Below, piece by piece: positions 1 through 14,341 of a DNA stretch of 64,000 nucleotides (position 1 is its first letter; each line of letters starts with the position of its first letter). Both the position numbers and the translations under genes were made by a program. Where the stretch lies: NCBI RefSeq assembly GCF_009914755.1, contig NC_060925.1, one strand, 5' to 3'. Origin of the DNA: the human T2T-CHM13v2.0 reference genome, Homo sapiens. Under the pieces are notes generated by a model. The model did not search any database. It was given only the letters and a program-made list of their open reading frames with translations, and was not told the origin of the DNA.

Positions 1-1779
1 CAAAATGAATTTAACAGAAATGGAGTAGACTTACTTTTTCTTATTTTTCCCTTAAGTACAATTAAAAGCCCTCAACATCATACATAAAACAAACATGAGA
101 ACACTGAAAGGTGGAGAGACGACAGACCAGCTAGGGACCTTGGGACCCAAGGAGCCACACAGTGGTAAATTTCCTGGGCTTTTTTTGACCTCATATATCT
201 CAGACCAGGAGCCAAAGAAAGGAATAACCCCAAGAAACCAAGTGCAGACAAAAAAGCCCCAACACAAGTCAGCTCTTTCCAGTCAAAGGATCAAGAAAGG
301 GCAGGCTAACAAGAAAAAAAACTTTAGACAATAACCACTCTACTCCAACAAACTCCACCCTTACCCATGCCAGCAAAGACTGAGGGGGGAACCTAGACTT
401 TTACCCTCGCAAGCTGAAACAAGGAGCTCCCTCCTCCTGCCCTAGCAATGCCAGCAGAGACCACAGGGGAACTCAGACTTCCAACCACCGCCTCCCCAGG
501 CATCTCTCCCCACCTCCCCACCTCCCCACCTCCCCATTGGATGATGTCAAAGGAAGATGAGTGGAGTGAGGACTTCTATCAGTATCCACCAGGAACAAGG
601 CTGAATACCCCTTTTTTGGCCCCCAGCCCCTGCCACCCTGTAGAGGCCACATAGGAACCAGTAATGAGGCATTCCTACACCTCCTAGACAGGGAGGTATT
701 AGTAGAGGCCTGAAGGGGAGCCAGGACTCCCACCCCCACCAGCAGTAATAAAGGTGCGCACACACACACCTCAGGTGACAATGGAGGTTGAGTAGGGACC
801 TGGAGTTCTGTCCCCAGCTGGTAGTAATAAGGCAGTGGCCCCCTTTCTCTTCTGGAGTGGTGTCAGAGGAAGCCAGATAAAACAAAAGGTTTAAATAAGT
901 TCTAGCCTTATAATACTCAAGATGTCTAGGTTTCAACTGAGATTCACACTTTATACCAAGAACCAAGGACATCCCAAACTGAATGAAAAGGTAAACAATA
1001 GATGCCAACATGCGGACAAATGTTAGACTTACCTTAAAAAGAACTTAAAGCCACCATAATAAAAATACCTTAACAAGCAATTATGAACACGTTGAAACAA
1101 AAAAAAAGGAAATATCTGCAAATAGATAGAAAGTCTTAGCAAATAAATAAGAAGTATAAAGAAGAACCAAATGAAAATTTTAGAACTGGAAAATACAATA
1201 ACAATAATCAAAAACTCAGTGGATGGACTCAACAACTGAATAAAGGGAGAAAGCAGAGAATCCGTGAACTGGAAGAGAGAACAATAAAAATTACCCAAAC
1301 GGAGAAACAAAATTTATTGGGGAACAAAATGAGTAGAGTCTTATGGGCCTATGTGACTATAACAAAAGATCTAACATTCATGGTATGGGAATCCAGGAGA
1401 AAGGTACAATAAGGAGAGGGCTGAAAAAGTACTCAAGGAAACAATGGCTGAAAACTTTTCAAATGTGATAAAGTATTAAACTCTAAAAGGGTAAACCCAT
1501 AGAAATCCATAAGATACAACATAAACTTCTAAAACTAAAGACAAAGAAATTATTGATCAAGAGAGTGAGAAAATAAGCCATAAACTGAGAGAATATTTGC
1601 AAAATACTGATTATATTAAAATTAAATAAAGTATACTTCAGAGCAAAGAAAACTACCAGAAACAGAGAGGAACATTATAAATTTACAATACAGTCAATCC
1701 ACCAAGAAGACATAGCAATTCTAAACATGTATCAAACAACAGAGCTACAAAGCGTGTGAAGCAAAAACTAATAGAACTG

Positions 1780-1956
1780 TAGCTGGGCGTGGTGGCATAT
1801 GCGTGTGGTCCCAGCTACTCAGGAAGCTGAGGTGGGAGGATCACTTGAGTCTGAGAGGCAGAGGTTGCAATGAGGCAAGATCATGCCACTGCAATCCAGC
1901 CTGGGTGGCAGAGTGAGACCCCATCTCAAAAAAAATTAAACCAATAAAAGAAAAAA
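1780..1956 (+). mobile_element. Alu right-arm monomer (FRAM / 5'-truncated AluJ)
   Basis: Alu right-arm sequence with A-tail; TSD AAAAACTAATAGAACTG at 1763-1779 and 1957-1973. Confidence 0.9.
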
Positions 1957-4835
1957 AAAAACTAATAGAACTGGAAAGACAAATAGATAAATCCACAGTT
2001 ATAGTTGAAGATTTCAATAAGCAGAAAATCAGCAAGGATGCAGAAGAATACAAAAACACTATCAACTAACAAGATCTAATCAACATTTATAGAAGACTCA
2101 AACAACAGGAGAATATGCATTTTTTTTCCAGGCCATGGAGCATATACAAAGATAGAACATATTCTGGGCCATGAAACAAGCTCAACACATTTTTAAAAAC
2201 TGAAATCATACAAAATGTGTTCTCCAATCACAATAGAATCAAAATTATAAATCAATAACAAAATAAGAAAACATCTAGTGCTTGGAAATTTAACACTTCT
2301 AAATAATCCACAAATCAAACTGGAAGTCTCAAGGGAAATAAAAAATTCACATTGAACTGAATGAAAAATAAAACTTGTCAAATTCATGAGACACAGCTAA
2401 AGCAGTGTTGAGAGGGAAATTTATAGCGTTAAGTGCATACTTTAGAAAAGAGGGAAGGTCTCAAAACAATTATCTAGGCTTCCACTCAAGAACCTTGAAA
2501 AAGACCAAAATAAACCCAAGGCAAGCAGAAGAAAGAAAATAATAAAGAGCAGAAAACAAAGCAAAAATAAAAAACAATAGAGAAAATGGGTGAAACAAAG
2601 ATCTGGTTCTTTGAAAAGTTGAATAAAATTGACAACCCTCTAGAAAAACTGACAAAGAAAAAAAGGATGACACAAATTACCAATACAATGAGTGAAATGG
2701 GTATATCATTACAGACCCTGCAGACATCAAAAGGATAATAAGGAAATACCATGAACAACTTTACACACATAAATTTGACAACTTATGTGAATGGACCAAA
2801 CACAAATTAACACAACTCACCCAATATGAAATAGATCATTGAATATCCCCATAACTACTAATAAAATTAAATTCACAATTTAAAAACTCCCCCCAAAAAT
2901 CTCTAGCCCAAGAGCACTTTCCAGTTCATTTCGGGAAGCTAGTATTACCCTAATTCCAAGCCAGGCAAAGAGAATGGATGAAATAAACAAAAACTACAAA
3001 TTAATGTCCTTCATGAATATAAACATAAAATCTCTAGTAAAACTTAGCAAATTGCATTCAACAATATATGAAAAGAATTATATGCCACAATCAAGTGGAG
3101 TTTATTCCAAGAATTCAATTTAGATTCCAAATTCAATATTCTAAAATCAATCATCATATTAATAAGCCACGATATTAACAAGCTAAAAAAGAAAAATCAC
3201 ATGAACATATCGATGCAGAAAAAGCATATGACAAAATTCAGCACCCATTCATGGATAATACTTTCAGAAAAGTAAGAATAGAAGGAAACTTTCTCAGCTT
3301 GATAAACAGTATCTACAAAAGAAAAAAAATGAAAGAAAACAAAACAAAAACCTACAGCAAACATCGTACCTAATAGTGAAAGCCTGAATGCTTTCCCCCC
3401 AAAATTATAAACAAGGCAAGGATGTCGATACTTACCACTCTTGTTCAACATAGGCCTGGAAGGCAAGAAAAGGAAATAAAACCCATACATATTAAAAAGA
3501 AAGAAATAAAACTACCCCTATTTGCAAATAATAGGATGGCTTATGTAGAAAATTTTAAGGCATCTTCTAGAGTGAATGAGTTCAGCAAGGTAGAAAGATA
3601 CAAGATCAACATTTAAAAAAATCAATAATATTTCTATATATTATCAATGAATATGTGTTGCCAAAATTTTAAAATACAATACCATTGACAATCACTAAAA
3701 AAAAGGAATATCTAGATGTAAACCTAAAAAAAATGTATAAGACTTGTCTGCTAAAAACTATAAAATGCTGATGAAAGAAATAAAAGACCTCAATAAATGG
3801 AGAAACATACTCTTCGTAGATCAGAAGACTCAACATAATAAACATGTCAATTCCCCCCAAACTAACATACTGATTAATTGCAATTTCTGTCAAAATCCCA
3901 GCCAGATTTTTATAAATACAGAAAGATAATTCTAAAATATATCTGGAAAAGCAAAGGAACTAGAATAGTTAAAACAATTTTGAAAAAGAAAAGTGGGAGG
4001 AATTTTATGACTTTTTCTATAGCTACCATAATCAAGACTGTGTGGTATTGGTAAAGGGACACATACATCAGAGGAACATAAAAGAGAAACCAGAAATAGA
4101 CCCATATAAATATGTCTGATTAATTTTCAACAAAGACGCAAAAGCAATTTGATGGAGAAAGATAACCTGTTCAACAAATGATGCTGGAACAAGAGGATAT
4201 CTCCGAGGTGGGGGGAAGCACGGGGGAAGTCACACATCTTATATAAAAATTAACTCAAAATGGATCATGGACTTAAATGTAAATTGTAGTACTACAAAAC
4301 TTTTAGAAAAAAATATGAGAACATCTTTAGGATCCAGGGTTAGGCAAAAAGTTCTTAAACTTGACACGGAAAGTTCAATCGATTAAAAAAACCTGATAAA
4401 TTGGAATTTATCAGAATCATAAATGTTTACTCCATGAAAGACTCTTAAGAATAAAATGACAAGCTGCAGAGTGGGAAAATGCAAATTAAAACCACAGTGA
4501 GATATCACTATTCACCTGTCAGAATGGCTAAAATAAGAAATAGTGACAACACCAATTGCTGACAGGAACGCAGAGAAACTGGATCACTCATATGTTGCTA
4601 GTGGGAATGTAAAGTGGTACAGCCACTCTGGGAAACAGTGTGGCAGTTTCTTCAAAAACTAAAGACGTAACTACTGTACAACCCAGTGATAGGACTCGTG
4701 AGCATTTATCCCTGAGAAATTAAGACTTACAGTCTCACGAAAACCTGTATGTGAATATAACAGCTTTATTTGTAATAGCCAAAAACAGGGTTAACCTAGA
4801 TGTCCTTCAATTGCTGAAGGTTAAACAAACTGTAG

Positions 4836-5194
<359 letters not shown>

Positions 5195-6189
5195 TAGATG
5201 AATTATGCTGAGAAAAAAAAAAAAGCCAATCCCAAAAAGTTACGTAATGTGTGATTCTAATTATATAGCATTATTGAAATAACAAAATTGCAGAGAACAG
5301 ATTAGTGGCTTTCAGGGACTGTAAATGGGTGGAAATGGAGGAAAGTGGGTGTGGTTATAAAATCTAAATATGAGGGATCCTTCTGGTGATGGAAATGTTT
5401 TGTATCTTGACTTTATCAATGTCAATATCCTAGATGTGATATTGTATTGTAGTTTACAAGATGTTATCACTGGGAGAAACCAGGTAACAGGCATGCAGGA
5501 TCTCTCTGTATTATTTCCTAAAACTGCATGTGAAACCATAATTATCTCAAAATAAAAAGTTTATGAAAACAAAATAAAACTGACATTACTAAAACTGCAC
5601 ATTGTATATTGCTAGGGGAAAATGGCAGAAAGAAATAACATTTTGTTGTCAACAATAACAACCTCAAAAGTTGACACCAGAAAAACTAGGTTTGGTAGAA
5701 ATTTATTAACACAAAGTAAACTCAATGATGGCTAAAACTGCAAATAGTAACATTTGTGATACACTAAATTTGAATGATGGAACCAAAGTTTTTATAACAC
5801 TTTCATATGCAGAATTCAACCTAGGAAAGTTGAACTTGGAAGAAATAATTGCCACAAAGGAAAGCCCACAATGACAGAGGCTATAATTGGTCACATTTGA
5901 TATCGCCAAAAACGCTAATAAAGAAATGCAATTGATCTTAACACAAAGAAGTTTTTGTAAACTGAAAACAAAAATTAAAAAATTGGAAGCAGAGACTATA
6001 CCATTAAAAACTGATCACAGAATTGAATTGGCTTAAAGGGATTTGTGGTTGGAAAATACTCTCTCAATGCTCAATGAAAATGTATTAGCCTTGGTTTTCT
6101 GACTTAAACATTTGTATTTAAGTACATATCAGATCAAAGCTACAAGATCAAAACATCCTACCCTCTTTGGCTATTGCCAAATCTTATCA

Positions 6190-6420
6190 AAGGCCTACTA
6201 TATGCCAGGCACTTGACACATACTAGGCTCTTTTATATTCATTTGTCTCCTTTAATTTCATAACATCTCTGTGGTGTACATATTACAGTATTTCACAGAT
6301 AAGAAACTAAGGCTTAGCAGTGAGGTTGAGCAAGATTTCTGATATGCTGCTGCTAGTAAATTCTGATAGAGCTGGAATTTGAGCCCCAGGTTTTTCTGAC
6401 TCCCAATGCAGTCTTCTTAC
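6190..6420 (-). mobile_element. MIR SINE
   Basis: MIR core reversed (TTTCACAGATAAGAAACTAAGGCTTAG...GCTGGAATTTGAGCCCCAGG). Confidence 0.7.
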
Positions 6421-6444
6421 ATTATGTGGCCTTTTAACAATTAA

Positions 6445-6705
6445 AAGGAAGTAGGACACAATGGTTAGAACACAAGCTCTGAAGCCACACTGCTCATGTT
6501 AAAATCCAAGATTCATTCCTTAACTAATCAGTCACTTTGGACAAGATTCTTAACCCATCCATGCATCAGTTTCTTCATCCAACTAAAGGGAATAAAGTAC
6601 TGTATATAACTCATAGGGTTGTGATGATTAAACAAATTAATACATGTAAGGAATTTAGAACAGTGCCTAACACATGATAAGAACTCCATGTTGGTTTTTA
6701 TTATG
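6445..6705 (+). mobile_element. MIR SINE
   Basis: CAGTTTCTTCATCC...CTCATAGGGTTGTGATGATTAAAC...TTTAGAACAGTGCCTAACACATGATAAG. Confidence 0.75.
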
Positions 6706-6875
6706 TAATTTTTTCTTGAGTCTAGTGCCGGACACAAATTTTTATTTAAAAAAATCTGAATTGCAAGTGCACTCAGAATTTGGGAGGAATGAATGGCAAA
6801 TTAACCTAACTCTTGTCAAATATTAAAATATACATGTCTTTTATGGTAGAAATTTAAAGACTGACTGTTGGCTTA

Positions 6876-7088
<213 letters not shown>

Positions 7089-7899
7089 TTACTTGTGACT
7101 TTAGGGGATGTAAGTGTTTCTCCCCCAACTGCATAACTGAATTAATTCTACATTGGAACAGCCTTTGTTAATGTTCTCCCTCCATCCTAATCCTATAGCA
7201 GCAATTCCGCATTGGTTGGGGGGGAAATGCTGACCCAATTGGGTGTTCTCAGGCATTAATCCTTCCTAGGTCTGGAATGTCATTAAAATTATCTGGAGCT
7301 GCATTCTTCTCCTTTTTGTATATCTTACATAATCCAAGAGTCTTTCAATAATAAGCTTTAAAAAATTATTTTTGAGACATCAAACACTTGCCAATTGATT
7401 TTGTCTTTTTCAGAAGTCAGAAAGTTCTGGGTATTTTCCAGTTCTATGTCTAGTTATAACTAGACCCATTTCCCTTCTAATAGCACTTGAAACCAGAATA
7501 GTACTATTTCCAGCTAATTTTCCTGTGCTTCAGAAGGAGTTATTGTTTCATTTTGATGTTGCAGATGTTCTAACTCAAAGGAACGAGGAAGTCAGATTCG
7601 CTGGCAAGTTTATATTTTGTGGTTTAAGTAGAAGTGAGCTAATTCTCAAAAAATGGGGAGCCACTCCAAAAGGTTCTAAGTCTTATTTTCTGCATTGGCC
7701 TAATTGTCACTTGTATTGTGTGGGTGATGGCACTTGCTACAAGTCATGTCTCTTTTACTGACTTGAAAGTGGCAAAGGGGCAGAAGGGTTAGGTCCCAGT
7801 TGTGGCACAGTGAGGGAGTCCTCCTGTAGCCCTCTGAATGTATGTGCTGTCAGTGACAAGCCCTCCTTCTTTATAATCATTTTTAAAATATCTTCCTTA

Positions 7900-8130
7900 C
7901 AGCCTCAGCTCAGAAATAGACCCATGTGTTAATCAAGGCTAAAGATGGACACTTCCATGTGGCATGGAAGATGGCCACCAAAAGCCTCAGGCTTATGTGC
8001 ATCCCATTTGCAATGCAAGAAGAGAGACTTCTTTGCCTCTGATATGGAGAATTCCAGAAGAAGACTTGGATGGGGCCAGCTTTGGTCACAAGCCCTTCCC
8101 TTGGACCTGTGTCCATTATAGTATTAGAGC
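7900..8130 (-). mobile_element. Old MaLR LTR fragment (MLT1J/K-like)
   Basis: GGAAGATGGCCACC...GGCCAGCTTTGGTCACAAGCCCTTCCCTTGGACC, typical of late MLT1 LTRs. Confidence 0.5.
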
Positions 8131-9873
8131 ATATAGCATTATACTTGATCTAGTGTGCAAATTGGGCCATGGGGGCTGTTACCAGAATGGGGTAGAATTG
8201 GCAAGGGTGTTATTGGACAGCTTTGTACACACAAGAGAGCCTGAGAACAATCATAAGATGAGATGTAGGAAAGTATGTGCCACAAACAGTAACCAACATT
8301 TATTTGGGGTAGCTTTAATGGCAATGAAATGTTTCCATGTTTCCTTGGATTTTCATACTCCCTCTCCATTTAATGCAAAAAACAGGCCCAAACCTCTACT
8401 TCCCACAGTGTGGGGGATTCGCTGTCTTGAGGGCCCTCCTGCTTTCAAACAGCTATCTGCTTCCTAAAATACAATTTATTTGCATTGCTGGGATTTTGGA
8501 AGTAAGGGAAACCTCCACAGGGACTTCATGCACACAAACACACACACACATTGAGAGAGAGAGAGAGAGTCTGTATGCATAAAGGCAGAATTCCTCTGAG
8601 GACAAACAACAATATAGCAATAAGGATAAGCTGACTCTGAGATTCCCAGTTTAGACCAGAGACCCTGAAAGGAGATGACATTGGTCCAGGGTAATTGTGT
8701 CCCTGGTTCCTGGCAGAAGCAAACACAAATCCACTCTTGAGCAGGCATCCTCAATTTAAGCTCTCAAGTTTTTCACAGATTAAGATGAGTCCAATATGAG
8801 TTCACAAAGATCATTCACACAAATAAACAAATCATAATGAGTGATAATCAATAGAAATAAAAATATTAAAACCCATACAGACTTTAAATATTAGAATTAT
8901 CAGAATCAGAGGAGAGAAAAACCACATATAAAATGTTTAAGAAAAAATATCATCACAAAAACGGGCAAGCAGAAGGGAATGGCATATACGACTAGTCATA
9001 TTTGAAAAAGAAATGCAACTTTTCGAAATAAAAAATATAGTTTTTTGCTATTTCAAAAACCGCAAAGGGTGGCAGTAAATAGCATACTAAACATAGCTGA
9101 GGAGAGAATTAGAGAACTTGAAGATAGGTCCATAGAGATTTCCCAGAATACAACACAGAGAAACAATATATAAAATGTGAAAGAGACGTTAAGAGATGCA
9201 GAAGATAAAACAAGAAGTTTCAATAGCAAATCAGGGTCCAGGAGGAAGGAATAGAGAAAATGGGAGAGAGAACAAATTAAAGATTTCTTTCTAGAACAAT
9301 GAAAAATGAGTACATTGACGCAGTAAGCATCCCATGACAGTCTCCAGAAAATACAAAGACAGTAAATCCAACTGTAGGCATATTGAAAGTAACATGCTGA
9401 ACACCAAAAACAAACAGAATCTCTTAAAGGCATTTTAAAAAGAAAATGCATCACCTACAAAGGAATGACAATTAGACTGGCAGCAACTTTCTCAACAGCA
9501 AAAACCAAAGCCAAGAGACAGTGAAATAATACCTTCTAAGTGCCAAGAGAAAATAACAGTCATCCTAGAATTGTCCACCCAGCAAAAATATCTTAACTCA
9601 TAAGAGTAAAATGAAAACATTTTCAGAGAAACAGAAACAGAATTTACTACTAGCAGACCGAAGCCAAAGAAACATTTATAAAATGCACTCTGGAAAGAAG
9701 AAAAATGATCTTGCAAAATAAATAAATAAGTAAATGTTAACAAACATCATCTATAAAAATGACATCTAATTTCCACATCTAATTTATGGAAATAAAAATG
9801 TTTAAAGGACAAAATCAAAATACAAAAAGACAATAGAATGAAAGTTGGGAGAAGAAATAAATTTGAGTGGCCT

Positions 9874-10118
9874 CTACTCACTTATAATGGGAGCTGAGCT
9901 ATGGGTATGCAGAGGCATACAGAATGGACACAGGAGACTCAAAAGTGAGGAGGGTGGGTGAGGCATGAGAGATAAAATAAAATTACTCATTGAATACAAT
10001 GTACAACATTTGAGTGACAGGCACACTAAAAGCCCAGACTTCAGTACTATACAATTCATCCATGTAACCAAAAACCTCTTGTACCCCTAAAGCTGTTGAA
10101 ATAAAAAAAGAAAAAGAA
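9874..10118 (+). mobile_element. 5'-truncated L1PB/L1MA 3' end
   Basis: CTACTCACTTATAATGGGAGCTGAGCTATGGG...AAAAGCCCAGACTTCAGTACTATACAATTCATCCATGTAACCAAAAACC followed by an A-tail. Confidence 0.8.
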
Positions 10119-11421
10119 ATTATTACGTGGTTTGATAGGAGGGTTGAGATTCTAATGTTAGAGTTTAGTAGATTTGCATGGTAAAATTTCAAGGGAAACC
10201 GCAAAAGAACAGAAATAGAATATGGCATAACTTCCAGACAAGTAGAAGAAAAAATGGAATAAGAAAGCAACCAAAATTCAAAGTGTTAACATTCAAGAAG
10301 AGGAAAATAGGCATAGTAAAAATGGAATAAATAAGATGCAAAAAGTAACAAATAGTACAGAGGAATACAGATGCATCAGTCACCACAGTGAATGAAAAAG
10401 ACTAAATTCATCACACAATAGATCAATATTGTCACACTAGATATTTTTAAAATTCAGTTATGCTATTCACAAGGGACACATTTAAACATAAGGAGAAGGA
10501 AATGTTGGAAGTGACAGATACATTAAACAAATATTAACCAAAAGAAAGCTTTCTGCTGTCAGGGAATACAGACTTTAATAGAGAAGGCATTATATAGACA
10601 GACAGGACCACTGTATAATAACAAAATGATTGATCTGGAAGATGAAGCAATTCTAGAAAATCTTACATATATGTAAAGCAAAATCAATAGAACACAAAGA
10701 GGAGTTAAACTCATCATCAGAGTGAGACATGTTCAAAGATACCTCTTTTATTTATTGATAAACAAAAAAGTCAAAATATAAAAAATCGGCAAGTTTGGTT
10801 TATTGGACACATGTAAAGTCCATATAACAATGAAAAATTGACAAAAATTGACCATGGGATAGGCCATAAGAGAAGTATCAAGATTTTCAAATATTCAATA
10901 GCCTATGGACCAAGTTTTCTAATCACAATGCAGTTAAATTAGAACTCAAAAACATATGCTTAGAATTTTAAAATCTCATTTTAAAATACTCTGTGGATTA
11001 AAGCATCATTAACAGAAATTTTAAAGTATTTAGAACTGGACAATAATAAAAATACCATATACCAAGGCTTATGGCATGAAGTGAAAAAGGTAATACAAGA
11101 GAAATATAGAGACTCAAATGCTTATTAACATGAGAGAAGAAAAGCTAAAAATTAATGAGCTAAGCAACCAACTTAAGAAATCAGAAAAGGAACAACAGAA
11201 TACATACAAGAAAGTAAAAGAAAGATAACTATAAATACAGGCATTCATAAAATAGAAAGCAAAGATGTGACAGAGTTGATTAACAAAACCAAAAATTGGT
11301 TCTTTGGAAACAAAAATAAAATGACTAAACTTCTAACAGGATTGTTAGACAGCTATGGTTTTTATCAGTATTATCAATATTATTCTTCATGGTCCTCTCT
11401 ATTAAGAATCTAGTAGCTTGT

Positions 11422-11741
11422 AGCTGGGCATGGTGGCTTACGCCTATAATCTCAGCACTTTGGGAGGCTGAGGTGGGCAGATTGCTTGAGCCCAGGAGTT
11501 CAAACCCAGTTTGGGTACATGTTTACCTATGCAACAAACCTGCACATTTTGCACATGCACCCTTGCACTTAAAGTTGAAAAAAAAATTTTTGTTTTAAAT
11601 TAGCTGGGTGTGGTGGCTCATGGCTGTAATCTCAGCTACTCAAGAGGCTGAGGCAGGAGGATGGTTTGAGCCTGAGAGGTCGAGGCTGCAGTGAGCCATG
11701 TTTGCACCACTGCATTGTAGCCTGGGTGACAGAGTGAGGCC

Positions 11742-11773
<32 letters not shown>

Positions 11774-11830
11774 GAAGAAGAAGAAAAGAAAGAAAGAAAG
11801 AGAAAAGAAGAAAAAAGAAAATGAAAAAAA
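11422..11830 (+). mobile_element. AluJ with an internal L1PA 3'-end fragment and a long A/GA tail
   Basis: Left arm 11422-~11515, L1 3' end ~11514-11586, right arm 11598-11746, tail to ~11830. Confidence 0.88.
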
Positions 11831-12152
11831 GAGATTTGCAATATTAAAAATAAAAAGAGGGATATACAGAGAGATCCAGCAGAGACTATAAAGATAATAG
11901 TGTACTATTAAAAACTATATGCCAAAGAATGCATAAAGAAGCAGAAGCTTAGAAGAAACACACATTCTTTTAAAAATAACCAACTCAAAAAAAAATTACG
12001 AAGTCCAAATAGCTCATAACCATTAAAACAAGTGAATCAATTGTCTAATTTTCCCACAAAGAGAATCACTGGGCACAGATGATTTTACAGGTAAGTTCTA
12101 CCAACCATTCACAGAGTATATCATCTAATCTTATGCAAACTCTTTGAGAATA

Positions 12153-12460
12153 CAGTGGCTCACGCCTGTAATCCTAGCACTTTGGGAGGCCAAGACAAGT
12201 GGATTGCTTGAGCTCAGGAATTTGAGACCAGCCTGGGCAACATAGTGAGACTCCGTCTCTACAAAAAATACAAAAATTAGCCAGGCGTAATGGCAGGCAC
12301 CTGTAATCTTAGCTACTCAGAAGGCTGAGGTGGGAGGATTGCTTGAGCCCAGGCGGCAGAGGTTGCAATGAGCCGAGATTGCTCCCACTGCATTCCAGCC
12401 TGGGCGACAGAGCCAGAACCTGCCCCCCACCCCGAAAAAAAAGGTTAAAAAAAAGAAAAA
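12153..12460 (+). mobile_element. AluJb-like
   Basis: Full dimer from CAGTGGCTCACGCC, with J-type GGATTGCTTGAGC in both arms. Confidence 0.9.
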
Positions 12461-12920
12461 GGATAGTCCCCAACTATTTATATGAGTGCACTGTACTTTG
12501 ATACTAAAACTCAAAAAATCCAATAAAGTGATAGGAAAACCTCATTCATGAATATACAGGCAATAATCCTACACAAATATCAGCAAAATGAATCGTGTAG
12601 TTTATGGGAAAAGATAATACTGTACATCAGGACTAAGCTGGGATTTTTCCAAGAATATAATGCTTAACTTTAGGAAATCCATAATTATCATTCACCACAT
12701 TAGCATATTAAAAGAATGAAACAATATTGTTTTTCAGTAGATGGAGAAAACACATCTGATGAAATTCAAAATACTATTTATTTATTTTTAATTAACTAGC
12801 TCAGATTAAAAACAGATTTCCTTAATCTGATAAAGGGAGTCTACCAAAAACCTACAGTAAATATTATTTTTAAGCATAAAACAGAGAAGGCTTTTAAAAT
12901 CAGGACGAAAAAAGACAGGA

Positions 12921-13221
<301 letters not shown>

Positions 13222-13312
13222 GAGAAAAGAAGAAAGGAAGGAAGGAAGGAAGGAAGGAAGGGAGGGAGGGAGGGAGGGAGGGAGGGAGAAAGAGGGAGGG
13301 AGGGAGGGAGGA
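13222..13312 (+). repeat. (GGAA)n/(GGGA)n polypurine microsatellite extending the Alu tail
   Basis: Visible directly in the sequence. Confidence 0.95.
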
Positions 13313-13764
13313 AATAAAAGGTATAAGGTTTGGAAAGGAGAAAAAACCCTTAAAACTCTCATTCACAGATGATATGATTTCTACATAGATGATGTGATTT
13401 TATCCACAATCTTAAAAGTTTATATGTTATATTCATAAAAGCACTTTTTGTGATAGCCAAGAACTGGAAACCATTCAATGTCCATCAATGGTAGAATGGA
13501 TAAATAAATTGAGACATAGTCACACATTGAAATTCTATACAGCAAAGCGCATGGTCTACAACCATATTCATTCATGTGGGTGAATCTCACAAATTTCATG
13601 TTGAGTGAAAGATGCCAGCCACAAAACATCACCCACTATATGAGTTCATTTACATAAAACACAAACAGGCATAACTAATCTCTGCATGGAAATCAGGTTA
13701 GTGGTTACCCTTGGATGAGGGACTAATGGACAGAAGTGGCACAGGAATGTGGTGTGCAGTATTG

Positions 13765-13998
13765 AGGTAAGTATGGAATTTGGAGTCAAGCAGTGTTTGG
13801 TTTAAATATTAGCTCTGCTGTTTACCAATTGACTGGCCTTTCACAAAGGACATCACCACTGGGAGACTCAGTTTTTCAGCTAGAAAATGAACATACTAAT
13901 GCTGCTCAGCTCACCAGATTGGTGTGAAGTGAAGAAGAAAACATATGTGAAACATCTGGCTCAGAAAGTTCTGAAAAATGGCAGCTATTGTTGTTATC
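13765..13998 (+). mobile_element. MIR SINE
   Basis: GGAATTTGGAGTCAAGCAG...CTCAGTTTTTCAGCTAGAAAATG...AAATGGCAGCTATTGTTGTTAT. Confidence 0.65.
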
Positions 13999-14047
13999 AG
14001 TTTTATTATTCCTCGTGGTCCTCTCCGTTAAGAATCTAGTGACTTGT

Positions 14048-14341
14048 AGCCATGAACGGTGGCTCACACTTATAATCCCAGCGTTTTGGGAAGCCAAGGT
14101 GGGTGGATCACTTGAGCTCAGGAATTTGAGACCAGCTTGGACAACACAGTGAAACCTCATCTCTACAAAAAATACAAAAATCAGCTGGGCGTGTTGGTGT
14201 GTGCCTGTATTCTGGGCTACTGAGGAGGCTGAGTTGGGAGGATCACCTGAGCCAGGGAGGTTGAGGCTGCAGTGAGATGTGATTGCGCCACTACTTTCCA
14301 ACCTGGGCAACAGAATGAAACCCTGTCAAAAAAAAAAAAAA
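14048..14341 (+). mobile_element. AluJb
   Basis: Full dimer; TSD AATCTAGTGACTTGT at 14033-14047 and 14342-14356. Confidence 0.93.

Noticed and set aside
7964-8467. 167-aa ORF
   Set aside because: Starts inside an MLT1 LTR relic and shows no protein family resemblance.
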